64,000 nt of DNA from a bacterium (GCA_021796335.1 JAJYHZ010000002.1:29728-93727), one strand, 5' to 3'. Shown: positions 48,984 to 58,715, counted from the first letter of the stretch. Notes: generated by a model not told the origin, from the sequence alone. A program made the numbers and translations.

Positions 48984-49513
48984 TGGAAAACAATTTTGGA
49001 GAAGAATTAAGGATTCAGGGAGGACCGGAAAAGATTTGTCCGGCTTGCGGGAAACCGTATACCGGCGATTTTTGCGATAAACCGCTTTGTCCTCTTTTTA
49101 TGGAAAGGTATGCCAGCGCGGAAAAAACGACAGAAGAAGAAAAACCCTTAAATATTGATTTTGACGGACCGGAATCGGCGGAAAAGAGTCCCGAAGCCAA
49201 GCGGCAGAAAGAGGAATTATTTCATCAATTCATAGAAGGAGAAAAAATAAAAGATCCGGAAGTTATGAGTATGCGCGATTTGATGTTTGCCAAATCCATA
49301 ATCTACGGAATTGAAAATGCGACTAAAGGAATCGTATCCGAAAATCATTTAAGCGCAGAGGAGAAAAAAGAAGCTTGGGATAATTTTAAAATGATTCAAA
49401 ATGTTTTGGATAAGAACAATGTTCCGCAAACCGTTTTGGAATTAATTAAAAAAAGTTTGGATAATAAATCGAAAAAAATATACGAAGAATTTTTAGCTGA
49501 ATCAAACAAATGA
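48983..49513 (+). CDS. zinc-ribbon-containing hypothetical protein
   Basis: CPACGKPYTGDFCDKPLC motif; the start is taken at the Met overlapping the upstream stop (the ORF track starts at 48905). Confidence 0.35.
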   Translation: MENNFGEELRIQGGPEKICPACGKPYTGDFCDKPLCPLFMERYASAEKTTEEEKPLNIDFDGPESAEKSPEAKRQKEELFHQFIEGEKIKDPEVMSMRDLMFAKSIIYGIENATKGIVSENHLSAEEKKEAWDNFKMIQNVLDKNNVPQTVLELIKKSLDNKSKKIYEEFLAESNK

Positions 49514-50880
49514 AACTTACATTTTTAGGAGGAGCCGGCGCCGTAACCGGAGCGAATTATTTACTAGAAGCAGAATCCGGAGAAAAAACCAGAATTTTAA
49601 TAGATTGCGGACTGATGCAAGGCGCGCATTATGCGGATAAGGATAATTTCAATCCGTTTGCATACGACCCCAAAACTATTGACGCAGTTTTTGTTACTCA
49701 TGCGCATATTGACCATACCGGACGGCTACCAAAACTTTATAAAGAAGGATACAGAGGAAAAATTTACTCCACGGGACCCACAAAAGATTTCGCCGAAGAG
49801 CTTTTATTGGATTCGGGGCATATTTTGGCCAAGGAATCAGAAGACAGGGGCATGCCCTACCTTTATGAAATTGCGGATGTAAACGAGACAATGAAACTGT
49901 GGCAGAAAATCAGTTATCATGAAAAAATAAGGGTCAAGGATTTTGAAATTGAATTTTATGACGCCGGCCACATTTTGGGATCGGCCTTTATTGCGGTTAC
50001 TTCTCCGGAAGGGAAAAAAATCGTTTTTTCGGGCGACCTGGGAAATGAGCCGGCCCCCTTAATAAAAGATACGGAAACAATAACCGACGCGGATTACGTT
50101 CTAATAGAATCAGCCTATGGAAACAGGGTGCACGAACAGCCGGACAAGAGGAAGGATATGCTCGAAGATGCCATCGAAGACGCCGTAAGGTCAAAAGGGA
50201 CTTTGATGATTCCGGCTTTCGCAATGGAAAGAACGCAGGATTTGCTTTATGAAATAAACGACCTGGTAAACCACGGAAGAATACCGGCTATTCCGGTTTT
50301 TGTCGATAGTCCCTTGGCGATAAAACTTACCGCAATTTATGAAAAATATTCAGCCGATCCGCAGTATATGGATCAAAAAGCTTTGGAAGATTTAAAAAAG
50401 GACGGCGAACTTTTCGATTTCCCACGATTAAAATTAACCCTGACAACGGAACAGTCAAAGGAAATTAATGATATTCCTCCGCCAAAAGCTATTATGGCTG
50501 GTTCGGGAATGTCCCAGGGCGGCCGGATTCTTCATCATGAATTGCGTTATCTGCCAGATCCGCACAGCACAATTTTATTCATAGGATTCCAAACAAAGGG
50601 GTCTTTGGGAAGAATGATTCAGGAAGGCGCTCCATCGGTCAGAATCTTCGGAGAAGTCGTACCCGTAAAATGCAAGGTAAAATCAATTTCCGGCTATTCG
50701 GCTCATGCAGACCAACCGCTTCTTTTAAACTGGATAAGGCCGATGAAGGATTCGATAAAGAAATTGTTCGTAGTGCAAGGTGAAGAAGAAGATATGCCGA
50801 TTTTTGCGAATAAAATTCGTGACGAGTTCGCAATCGACGCGGCTGTTCCGAAAGCGGGCGATGTTTACGAATTATATTAA
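49510..50880 (+). CDS. beta-CASP family MBL-fold ribonuclease (RNase J/CPSF-like)
   Basis: HAHIDHTG (HxHxDH), H at GHILGS, motif A ESAYGNR, motif C SGYSAHAD; the ATGA start overlaps the upstream gene. Confidence 0.65.
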   Translation: MKLTFLGGAGAVTGANYLLEAESGEKTRILIDCGLMQGAHYADKDNFNPFAYDPKTIDAVFVTHAHIDHTGRLPKLYKEGYRGKIYSTGPTKDFAEELLLDSGHILAKESEDRGMPYLYEIADVNETMKLWQKISYHEKIRVKDFEIEFYDAGHILGSAFIAVTSPEGKKIVFSGDLGNEPAPLIKDTETITDADYVLIESAYGNRVHEQPDKRKDMLEDAIEDAVRSKGTLMIPAFAMERTQDLLYEINDLVNHGRIPAIPVFVDSPLAIKLTAIYEKYSADPQYMDQKALEDLKKDGELFDFPRLKLTLTTEQSKEINDIPPPKAIMAGSGMSQGGRILHHELRYLPDPHSTILFIGFQTKGSLGRMIQEGAPSVRIFGEVVPVKCKVKSISGYSAHADQPLLLNWIRPMKDSIKKLFVVQGEEEDMPIFANKIRDEFAIDAAVPKAGDVYELY

Positions 50881-50892
50881 TTATTAACTAAC

Positions 50893-50919
50893 AACCCGTT
50901 AGTGCGTTAACGAATTAGG
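50893..50919. promoter_or_regulatory. motif aacccgttagtGCGttaacgaattagg, related to 26778-26804
   Basis: Shares about 20 of 26 positions with the site at 26778; lies between the RNase stop and the tkt start. Confidence 0.35.
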
Positions 50920-51012
50920 ATTATAATGTATGTGGAAATTTTAAGCATACTAATTCATATAGCCTAGTTAATCCACTAATAAACCAGCCAGAAATTTTCA
51001 TATAATATATTT

Positions 51013-52050
51013 ATGTTGAATTCGGAAATTAAACTGAATCATTCGACTAAGCATTTAGGGCGGAGGAAAAATATCAGTAATCCCGAGCCGGAATTAAAAG
51101 CGCTGCGAGACGGCTTCGGCGAGGGACTTTTGATTTTAGGAGAAGAAAATCCCGATGTGGTGGTTATGACCGGAGACTTGAAGGAATCAACGCGCTGCCA
51201 TTGGTTCGCGGAAAAATACCCGCAAAGATTCATCGAAGTAGGAGTGGCGGAGCAGAATATGGCAGCGATTGCGGCAGGTCTGGGAATTTCTAATAAAATT
51301 CCCTTTATTTCGTCTTATGCGACATTTTCGCCGGGCAGAAACTGGGAGCAAATCAGAACCGCGATCGCCTATAACGATTCCAATGTAAAAATCGCCGGCC
51401 ATCATGCGGGAATTTCTACGGGACCGGATGGAGCCACTCATCAGGCAATTGAAGATATCGCAACTATGAGGGTAATTCCAAACATGAAAGTAATCGTTCC
51501 CTGCGACTCATACGAAGCAAAAAAAGCGACAATCGCAGCTGCAAAAATTTGGGGACCAGTTTACATCCGTTTGGCTAGAAATGAAACTCCGATTTTAACG
51601 AACAAGAATACTCCGTTTATCCCGCAAAAATCTTATGAGATGTTTAATTCTTCCGAATCAGCCAAGAAACTGAAACCGCAAGTGGCGATAATAGGAGCGG
51701 GACCGATTTTACATCAAGCAATTTTAGCGGCTCAAGAATTGGAAAAAGAGAAAATCGGATCCATTGTTCTAAACAGCCACACGATAAAACCGATTGACGA
51801 GAAAAAAATTATTGAATTGTCCAAAAGATGCGGAGCGATTGTAACCGCGGAAGAACATAACATACTGGGAGGATTAGGAAGCGCCGTAGCCGAGGTTATT
51901 GTGAAAAATTATCCGGTACCGATGGAACTTGTCGGAATGCGAGATGAGTTCGGCGAAAGCGGAGAACCGGCAGAGTTATATAAAAAATTCGGATTAATGG
52001 CGGAAAATATTAAGGAAGCGACTAAAAAAGCAATTAAAAGAAAACGATAA
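51013..52050 (+). CDS. transketolase C-terminal subunit (pyrimidine-binding plus C-terminal domains)
   Basis: FIEVGVAEQNMAAIAAGL, GHHAGISTGPDGATHQAIEDIA; no N-terminal (TPP-binding) subunit adjacent. Confidence 0.6.
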   Translation: MLNSEIKLNHSTKHLGRRKNISNPEPELKALRDGFGEGLLILGEENPDVVVMTGDLKESTRCHWFAEKYPQRFIEVGVAEQNMAAIAAGLGISNKIPFISSYATFSPGRNWEQIRTAIAYNDSNVKIAGHHAGISTGPDGATHQAIEDIATMRVIPNMKVIVPCDSYEAKKATIAAAKIWGPVYIRLARNETPILTNKNTPFIPQKSYEMFNSSESAKKLKPQVAIIGAGPILHQAILAAQELEKEKIGSIVLNSHTIKPIDEKKIIELSKRCGAIVTAEEHNILGGLGSAVAEVIVKNYPVPMELVGMRDEFGESGEPAELYKKFGLMAENIKEATKKAIKRKR

Positions 52051-52062
52051 TTACAAATTTTT

Positions 52063-53100
52063 ATGTACGACATAATCACCATCGGCTCCGCGACAAAAGA
52101 TATTTTTATCTCTTCCGGGCAATTAAAAAAAATCAATGACCGGAATTATCTGGAAAAGGCGGGCTTTGTTTCCGGCGAGGCGATTTGTTTTCCCTTGGGA
52201 TCAAAAATCAATATTGAAAAGCCTTTTGCAACAATCGGCGGGAGAGGAGTGAATACCGCCGTATCATTCGCCAAGCAAGGGCTTAAAACCGCATCAATAA
52301 TCTCCGTAGGGAAAGACGAGGAAGCGAATAAAATTATCGAAATTTTTAAAGAGGATAAAATTTCCGTATTCCCAGCAATATCCAGCAAACTCGCAACAGC
52401 TTATTCCATAGTCCTCATTTCCAAAGGCGGCGAAAGAACGATACTAACATACAGAGGCGCCCTTGATAATGACAATCAATTTCCGAAATTGCTGGGCGAT
52501 AAAAAGGCAAGGTGGGCTTATTTTGCTCCAAGCGACCTGAATTCTCCCCTGACGAGCAAATTAATATCACAGTTATATAAAAATGGAATACTGATCGCAT
52601 TAAATGCTTCGCGCAAATTAAGCTCAAAAGATTTTAAAAAAATAATGCCAGCCTTAAAAAAAGTGACTGTGTTTATTTTAAACCGGGAAGAGGCCTCCTG
52701 TTTAACAGGATTGCCGTTTGAAGATAAAAAAGAAATTTTCAAAAAAATAGACGATGCCGTAGGCGGGATATTTATAATGACCGATGGAGAAAACGGAACG
52801 TTGGTTTCGGACAACAACAGCATTCTGGAAATCGGCACTTTCAAGACAAGGCCGATTGACGAAACCGGCGCCGGAGACGCCTTTGGATCGGGATTTATAG
52901 CAGGGCTGATTGAAAAAAATGAAGGGTGCATAAGCGGCAAATGTAAAAAAGATAATCTGCTATACGCAATCAGATTGGGATCAGCAAATGCGGCTTCGGT
53001 CGTCGAACACATCGGAGCAACGGAAGGAATTCTGTCGAAAATAGAATTTAAATGTAATAAACGCTGGAAAAGTTTACCAATAAAAATCCATAGTATATAA
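52063..53100 (+). CDS. PfkB-family carbohydrate/nucleoside kinase
   Basis: GGRGVNTAVSFAKQG and DETGAGDAFGSGFIAGL (the DTxGAGD signature). Confidence 0.65.
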   Translation: MYDIITIGSATKDIFISSGQLKKINDRNYLEKAGFVSGEAICFPLGSKINIEKPFATIGGRGVNTAVSFAKQGLKTASIISVGKDEEANKIIEIFKEDKISVFPAISSKLATAYSIVLISKGGERTILTYRGALDNDNQFPKLLGDKKARWAYFAPSDLNSPLTSKLISQLYKNGILIALNASRKLSSKDFKKIMPALKKVTVFILNREEASCLTGLPFEDKKEIFKKIDDAVGGIFIMTDGENGTLVSDNNSILEIGTFKTRPIDETGAGDAFGSGFIAGLIEKNEGCISGKCKKDNLLYAIRLGSANAASVVEHIGATEGILSKIEFKCNKRWKSLPIKIHSI

Positions 53101-53237
53101 TGAAAAAAGGTTTGATAGTGATTAATTAAATTTTAAATCATAAACTTTCAAATTCTTCAATTTGAATTCGTGATATTTTTTTTCGGATTCGATTTTCTAA
53201 ATTTATTTGAAATCCGCGATTTAAAATTTTTTATTTT

Positions 53238-53858
53238 ATGAATCAGGATATTTGTCATACCAACCTGAAATATAAAATATGCGTTTCCGGCGCAGCCGAA
53301 ACAGGACATTGCGGTGCGAATGCTTTTCAAGTCGGCGAAGAATTGGGAAAGGAAATAGTAAAACATAATGCCGTTCTCGTAACCGGAGCAACAACCGGAT
53401 TTCCTTATTGGGCTGCGAAGGGCGCAAAAGAGGCAAATGGCATTGTCATCGGGTTTTCTCCGGCTGCCAATGAAACAGACCACGTCCATTTATTCAAGTT
53501 GCCGGTTGATAATCATGATTTGATTGTTTATACGGGTTTTCATTATAGCGGAAGAAATCTGATACTTACCCGTTCCGCTGATGCCGTTATTGTTTGCTGC
53601 GGACGCATGGGCACAATCAATGAGTTTACAATCGCCTTTGAAGACGGGAAGCCTATCGGAATCCTGCAAGGCGAATGGGAAACGGACGAAGTTCTGAAAA
53701 CGATAATCGAAAAATCACATCGCGCCGAAGAAATGAAGAACCGGATAGTTTACGACAGCGATCCAAAAGCTTTATTGGATAAGTTAATCAAAATCATTGA
53801 CGAGGCAAAACAAGAATACCATGCGACCTATTACGTTCCGGAGGTCATGAAAGAGTGA
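53238..53858 (+). CDS. LOG/TIGR00725-like Rossmann-fold protein
   Basis: KICVSGAAETG...AVLVTGATTGFPYWAAKGA pattern; assignment tentative. Confidence 0.4.
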   Translation: MNQDICHTNLKYKICVSGAAETGHCGANAFQVGEELGKEIVKHNAVLVTGATTGFPYWAAKGAKEANGIVIGFSPAANETDHVHLFKLPVDNHDLIVYTGFHYSGRNLILTRSADAVIVCCGRMGTINEFTIAFEDGKPIGILQGEWETDEVLKTIIEKSHRAEEMKNRIVYDSDPKALLDKLIKIIDEAKQEYHATYYVPEVMKE

Positions 53859-53895
53859 TTGCTAATAGCTAATAGTGAATTGGCAAAATAACAGC

Positions 53896-53928
53896 AAAAA
53901 TCCGTCCGCCACCGCAGACGGATTTTTG
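53896..53928 (+). terminator. terminator aaaaatccgtccgcc-accgc-agacggattttt
   Basis: Hairpin plus a T-run after the preceding gene. Confidence 0.55.
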
Positions 53929-53945
53929 TGTGGTAAAATTAATAT

Positions 53946-54485
53946 ATGAGAGCAAACCCGAAGCATTTAAGGGTTGAAAAATACGACAAAGAAAAATTTG
54001 AGCAGCGCAGGGAAAAACATGAATTTCCAAAAGCATACAAGGAACTCGCAATGTGCAAGATGTGCGGCGCGGTTTATTATAAAAAGTCTTGGCGTCACAA
54101 TTTTAAAAACAGCGACTATCGAAAATTATTAAGGAAATTTCCGATAAATTGGACAATATGCCCCGCCGACCGGATGATTAAAAACGGGCAATTTGAAGGA
54201 AAATTAACCGTTAAAAATATTCCTCACAAATATAAGGAAGAATTAATCGACCTTATCGCAGGATTCGGGAACAGGGCTTATCAAAAAGATTCGCAGCATC
54301 GAATTATAAATATCAAAAATCTTGCCGGTAATTCCCTTTTAATAACTACGACGGAGAATCAAATGGCCTTGCAAATGGCAAAAAAAATAAAAAATGCGTT
54401 TAAGAAAAAAGAAATTTTAAAAGTTTCCCTGTCTCCCCGGCCAAGCGATGTAATTTATGTAACAATGGAATTTATTGGGATTTAA
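53946..54485 (+). CDS. hypothetical basic protein with a CxxC...C motif
   Basis: 179-aa K/R-rich ORF, CKMCGAVYY...CPADRM. Confidence 0.3.
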   Translation: MRANPKHLRVEKYDKEKFEQRREKHEFPKAYKELAMCKMCGAVYYKKSWRHNFKNSDYRKLLRKFPINWTICPADRMIKNGQFEGKLTVKNIPHKYKEELIDLIAGFGNRAYQKDSQHRIINIKNLAGNSLLITTTENQMALQMAKKIKNAFKKKEILKVSLSPRPSDVIYVTMEFIGI

Positions 54486-55296
54486 TATGGACGGATTAAT
54501 TTTATTTTATAAACCAAAAGGTTGGACAAACCGGGATATTTTAAGTTTTTTCCAGATTAAGCTCGGCAATTTGAACTTCGGCCACGGAGGAAAACTTGAT
54601 CCCGCGGCGGAAGGATTGATTATAATAGGCTTCGGAAAAATAAATTCGAGGCTGATGGAATTTCTACAAAGCAAAAGCAGATATGAAATAAATTTGGATT
54701 TGAACAAGGAAATAGACACCTCGGAGCTGCAATCGGTTATAAACTTCAAATTTTTAAAAAACCGGCCAAAAATCGAATCAAGGACCAATTATTTTTTAAA
54801 AAATAAGAAAGAAGAATTTATTTACAATTACGAGATTTTTGATCATAAACATACGTATTTAGCATTAAAAATCGAAGTTCCCGCGAAATTCAATATAATC
54901 GCTTTTATCAATGAATTAGCGCGGAATTTAAAAATAAAGGCAATTGTTCATAAAATAAAAAGGGTGGGAATAAACAATCTCAGCGCAAATCAGGCGCTTG
55001 AGCCAAACGATTTTTCCGGTCCAATTGAGATATCCGCCACATTAAGAGGAAAGGTTCAAGGCGTAGGAATGCGTTATTTGTCTTACAATGCTGCTAAAGG
55101 TTTGAATCTAACCGGATATGCAAAAAATTCAGGAAAAGGAAATATTGAGATTCTATTGCAGGGGAATTTAATAAGCCTTTTAAAATTTCAAAAAGAAATT
55201 TTAGCCGGAACAAATTCATCAAAAATAACCGGATATGAATTTATATTCAGAAAACTTCTGAAAAAGAGAGGTGAATTCGTTATTGAATTCGATTAA
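54475..55296 (+). CDS. truB: tRNA pseudouridine(55) synthase TruB catalytic domain fused to an acylphosphatase-like domain
   Basis: TruB motifs KPKGWTNRDIL, GHGGKLDPAAEGLI (catalytic Asp) and KSRYEINLDLNKEIDTSE. No PUA domain; the C-terminus instead carries GKVQGVGMRYL...GYAKNSGKGNIEILLQG, matching the acylphosphatase signatures. Confidence 0.55.
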   Translation: MGFNMDGLILFYKPKGWTNRDILSFFQIKLGNLNFGHGGKLDPAAEGLIIIGFGKINSRLMEFLQSKSRYEINLDLNKEIDTSELQSVINFKFLKNRPKIESRTNYFLKNKKEEFIYNYEIFDHKHTYLALKIEVPAKFNIIAFINELARNLKIKAIVHKIKRVGINNLSANQALEPNDFSGPIEISATLRGKVQGVGMRYLSYNAAKGLNLTGYAKNSGKGNIEILLQGNLISLLKFQKEILAGTNSSKITGYEFIFRKLLKKRGEFVIEFD

Positions 55297-56321
55297 AAAA
55301 GGCGCGTTATATCTTTATAGGTAATAATCGCAATTAAAAGCAAAAGCAAGGCCATCCCCACGGCATTAGCATAACTTTCGAATTTTTTCGGCAGAGGGGA
55401 TCCCTTTATCTTTTCAATTATCAAAAACAACAATCTTCCGCCATCAAGAGCCGGAAACGGAAAAATATTGATTGCCGCCAAATTGACCGAAATCAAAGCT
55501 AAGAGCTGAGTCAAATATATTAACCCCAAATGACTGAACTGAGCAGTCAATTTTACAATTCCGACCGGACCGGTTATGTTTTGAAGAGGAGATCTGCCGA
55601 GAATAGCCAGTTTTATAAGAGTAAAAATGCCAACAAAAATTATTGAGAACATTTGCCCTGCGGATTTTAATCCGTCCCAGACACTTTTTAAAACAGACTC
55701 TTTTTGCTGACCGGATTGAACCATTCCGATGCCGAGAGATCCTTCGCCCGGAGGCGGATTGGTTCGCGGAGTCATTTTGAAATCAAGTTTTTCCCCGTTT
55801 CTTTCAACCTTCAAATCTATCTGCTTGCCCTTGTTTTGATTTATGTAATTTATAAGATCGTCAACCGAAGTAAATCCGACAATTTTGTCGTTAACTTGCA
55901 CGCCGGCCTGAGCTGCGGGCGTATTTGACTGAACCTGGGTTATGAAAACCGCCTGAGGAACGCCGACTGCAAAAATAACGGAAATCAAAACCCAGCCCAA
56001 TATGAAGTTCATCGTGACTCCGGCAATTATTATTATTATTCTTCTCCAAATTTTTAAATTAAAGAATACCCGTTCGGAAGGAATTTTTTTATCGGCATCT
56101 TCTTCTCCGTTTTCTCCGGCAATTTTTACAAAACCTCCGATCGGCAGAGCATTGATGCTGTAGATTGTCTCGCCGATTTTTTTCCCGTAAATTCTCGGCG
56201 GCAAGCCTATTCCGAATTCTTCGACAAACAGACCAAATCGTTTAGCAGCAATAAAATGGCCGAATTCATGGACTAGAACCAAAATGGACAAAAAGATTAA
56301 AACAATTAAAGCGGTAAGCAC
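55293..56321 (-). CDS. rseP: RIP zinc metalloprotease RseP (site-2 protease, M50) with a PDZ domain
   Basis: HEFGH zinc motif, PDZ segment, C-terminal NxxPxxxLDGG-type motif (NIFPFPALDGG). Confidence 0.7.
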   Translation of the reverse strand: MLTALIVLIFLSILVLVHEFGHFIAAKRFGLFVEEFGIGLPPRIYGKKIGETIYSINALPIGGFVKIAGENGEEDADKKIPSERVFFNLKIWRRIIIIIAGVTMNFILGWVLISVIFAVGVPQAVFITQVQSNTPAAQAGVQVNDKIVGFTSVDDLINYINQNKGKQIDLKVERNGEKLDFKMTPRTNPPPGEGSLGIGMVQSGQQKESVLKSVWDGLKSAGQMFSIIFVGIFTLIKLAILGRSPLQNITGPVGIVKLTAQFSHLGLIYLTQLLALISVNLAAINIFPFPALDGGRLLFLIIEKIKGSPLPKKFESYANAVGMALLLLLIAIITYKDITRLF

Positions 56322-56403
56322 ATTTAAATTATTCTAATGCCAAATCATTCTAATTTCTAAACTTTAAGTTAATTAGAGTAATTAGTTAATTAGAAATTCG
56401 AAG

Positions 56404-56955
56404 TTATTCTTCAATTTCTTTTATTTTTTTCTCAAGCAAATCATCAAGTTCTTTGTTAGACTTATCCATGATTTCCTGGATTTTATCTTTAATCTTGAAT
56501 TTTTCATCTTCGGTTATTTCTCCGGAATCGAAGTCGCGGTTAATCTTTTTCTGAATTTCATCGCGAACCGACCTAATTTTTATTTTAGTTTCTTCGGTTT
56601 CTTTTTTTACTACTTTAACGAGCTCTTTTCTCCTCTCATCGGAAAGGGGCGGAAGATTTATCCTGATCAGATTCCCTTCAATATTGGCATTTACGTTCAG
56701 ATTGGACGATTCGATGGCTTTAGCCACAGCGCCAACTATCGTCTTATCCCAGACTGAAATTTGAATTTGCATTGGCGGAACAATGCTGATGGCGCCAAGC
56801 TGCTTAACCGACATTTTTTGGCCGTAAGCTTCAACGTAGATATCCTCGACCATTCTGGGAGAGGGCCGGTTGGATCTCATTCCCATAAACTCTTGTTTCA
56901 AAGCGACTGCAAATTGATTGGATTTTTCCTGGAGTTCGTTTAGATAATTATTCAT
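56404..56955 (-). CDS. frr: ribosome recycling factor
   Basis: Conserved RRF core (MRSNRPSPRMVEDIYVEAYGQKMSVKQLGAISIVPPMQIQISVWD); 183 aa. Confidence 0.8.
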   Translation of the reverse strand: MNNYLNELQEKSNQFAVALKQEFMGMRSNRPSPRMVEDIYVEAYGQKMSVKQLGAISIVPPMQIQISVWDKTIVGAVAKAIESSNLNVNANIEGNLIRINLPPLSDERRKELVKVVKKETEETKIKIRSVRDEIQKKINRDFDSGEITEDEKFKIKDKIQEIMDKSNKELDDLLEKKIKEIEE

Positions 56956-57034
56956 AAAATCACTCTATCCGGTGTTTTTAATCAAACATGTTTATATAAA
57001 TATTACCGTTATTATTGAGAGAAATCAAAATTTT

Positions 57035-57070
57035 CAATCAAATTTTGAGCGATCGCTCAAAATTTGATTG
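57035..57070. repeat. 36-bp perfect palindrome caatcaaattttgaGCGATCGCtcaaaatttgattg
   Basis: Perfect inverted repeat; a near-copy at 62207-62244. Confidence 0.7.
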
Positions 57071-57099
57071 GTTATCCACATGACTTCAAAAAGGCTTGC

Positions 57100-57753
57100 T
57101 TAAACTTTTTTGGATTTTTTCAGGGAATTAAGGTATCTGATCTGGAGATTTTTATTCAGGTTAAATTGGTTCATTAATTCCAATCGATTTAAAAACTCTT
57201 TGATTATTCCGGAATTTTTTATTACATCTTTTTTTAATTCGGCCAAATCGGCTTTGACAATTTCTTCCTGGTTTTCTTCTTTTTTGGCCTTGAATGATTT
57301 AACAGGCTTCTCGGAATTTGAATTGGGAAAATAAATTTTATGAACACGGGAATTAATTGTCGGCAAAAGATTTTCTTCGTGAGATCCTATCAAAATTATC
57401 AAGGCGTTTTGCGGAGGTTCTTCGATGATTTTAAGCAAAGCGCCCTGAGCTTCATTGGTTAACGCCCCTGAATCATAAATCACGGCAATCTTTTTTCTGT
57501 TAACCGCGGTTTGATAAATAAAATTCCGCAGATCGCGAATTTCATCGATTCCAATATTGTCGGATTCATTCGGTTCTATTAGATAGAAATCATTTAAAAA
57601 TTCAGGAATTTTAAATTCTCCGGTTTCTAGAAATCCGGCCAGTCCTTTAGAAAAACCAAGAATGTCTTTTAGCGATTCGCCGAAAAAATAATAGGCGTGG
57701 AATAATTTTCCGCTATCTGCCAGCTTGATAAAATTTTCTTTTATTTTATCCAT
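57100..57753 (-). CDS. holB: DNA polymerase III delta' subunit-like (short)
   Basis: HAYYFFG, LLKIIEEPP, TINSRVH (SRC-like) motifs; 217 aa. Confidence 0.55.
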   Translation of the reverse strand: MDKIKENFIKLADSGKLFHAYYFFGESLKDILGFSKGLAGFLETGEFKIPEFLNDFYLIEPNESDNIGIDEIRDLRNFIYQTAVNRKKIAVIYDSGALTNEAQGALLKIIEEPPQNALIILIGSHEENLLPTINSRVHKIYFPNSNSEKPVKSFKAKKEENQEEIVKADLAELKKDVIKNSGIIKEFLNRLELMNQFNLNKNLQIRYLNSLKKSKKV

Positions 57754-58160
57754 TAACTTGAAATAATTTTATGTATTTCTGTGCCGCTTATCGGGATACC
57801 TTTTTTGTCAAAAAATTTTAAGCCATTATATTTTTTTGGGTTGTGAGAAGCAGTTACCATTATTCCAAAATCTGCCTTATTTTCATTAACTAAAAAAGAA
57901 AGCATGGGAGTGGTACACATTCCTACTGGAATAATTTTTAACTTTAAATTTTTAATTTTTAAAGCGCTTATAGTTGCCCTGTATAAATTCGGCGAAGAAA
58001 GGCGGGCATCGCGGCCAATTACAACAGTTTTTAGATTTATAGTTTTTAGTTGGTTAGTAAAAAATGCTGAAATTATATTTTTTACGATTTTTTCATTTAT
58101 TTCGCTCGGATAAATGCCGCGAATGTCATAGGCGCGGAATATTTTAGAGTCAAGATTCAT
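57753..58160 (-). CDS. phosphoglucomutase/phosphomannomutase domain I only (truncated; possible gene remnant)
   Basis: IFRAYDIRG and the active-site GIMVTASHNP are present, but the ORF ends after 135 aa and domains II-IV are absent. Its stop overlaps the holB start (TAATG). Confidence 0.5.
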   Translation of the reverse strand: MNLDSKIFRAYDIRGIYPSEINEKIVKNIISAFFTNQLKTINLKTVVIGRDARLSSPNLYRATISALKIKNLKLKIIPVGMCTTPMLSFLVNENKADFGIMVTASHNPKKYNGLKFFDKKGIPISGTEIHKIISS

Positions 58161-58280
58161 GTATCAAGTATCAGGCAAAATAAAAATCTGGGCAATATTG
58201 ACAAAATTAATCTAATGTAGTAGAAACTAATCAGGACAAAAAGCTGGTTTCCAGCTACAAAAATAAACACGAGGTGAAAA

Positions 58281-58715
58281 ATGTTCAAAGCGCGAATAGC
58301 TAATAGTGGAATATTTATCCTGGTGTTTGCAGCACTGGCGGTTATTTTGCCCCATGTGAGCTCTTCTGAGTCCGCAGGGCTTCGGGTTTTCGCTGGAATT
58401 ATATTCCTTATTGCGGCCTTAGTCTTGGCAATAATAGGCGGCGGATGGGATAGTTACGGAAAAACAATTAAAGTAAGCGAACTCCCGGGCGGAATTTCCC
58501 TTGTCGTAGCAACAACAGTACCATCTCATAATCTTATCAAGATTTACAGAAGTGATGTTCCGAGCGATGAAAGATTTGTATCGGTTAACTCGACCTCACA
58601 ATTTCACACAGGAATGATTTTTCGCAGAACAAATTTCAGTAAAGAGCAAATGGAAATTCTTAACCCAAAAATATTTTTTACCGAGGGAAAGATAGTTCTT
58701 CAAATAAAGTCTTGA
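58281..58715 (+). CDS. hypothetical membrane protein
   Basis: Two N-terminal TM helices; terminator at 58733-58760. Confidence 0.35.
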   Translation: MFKARIANSGIFILVFAALAVILPHVSSSESAGLRVFAGIIFLIAALVLAIIGGGWDSYGKTIKVSELPGGISLVVATTVPSHNLIKIYRSDVPSDERFVSVNSTSQFHTGMIFRRTNFSKEQMEILNPKIFFTEGKIVLQIKS

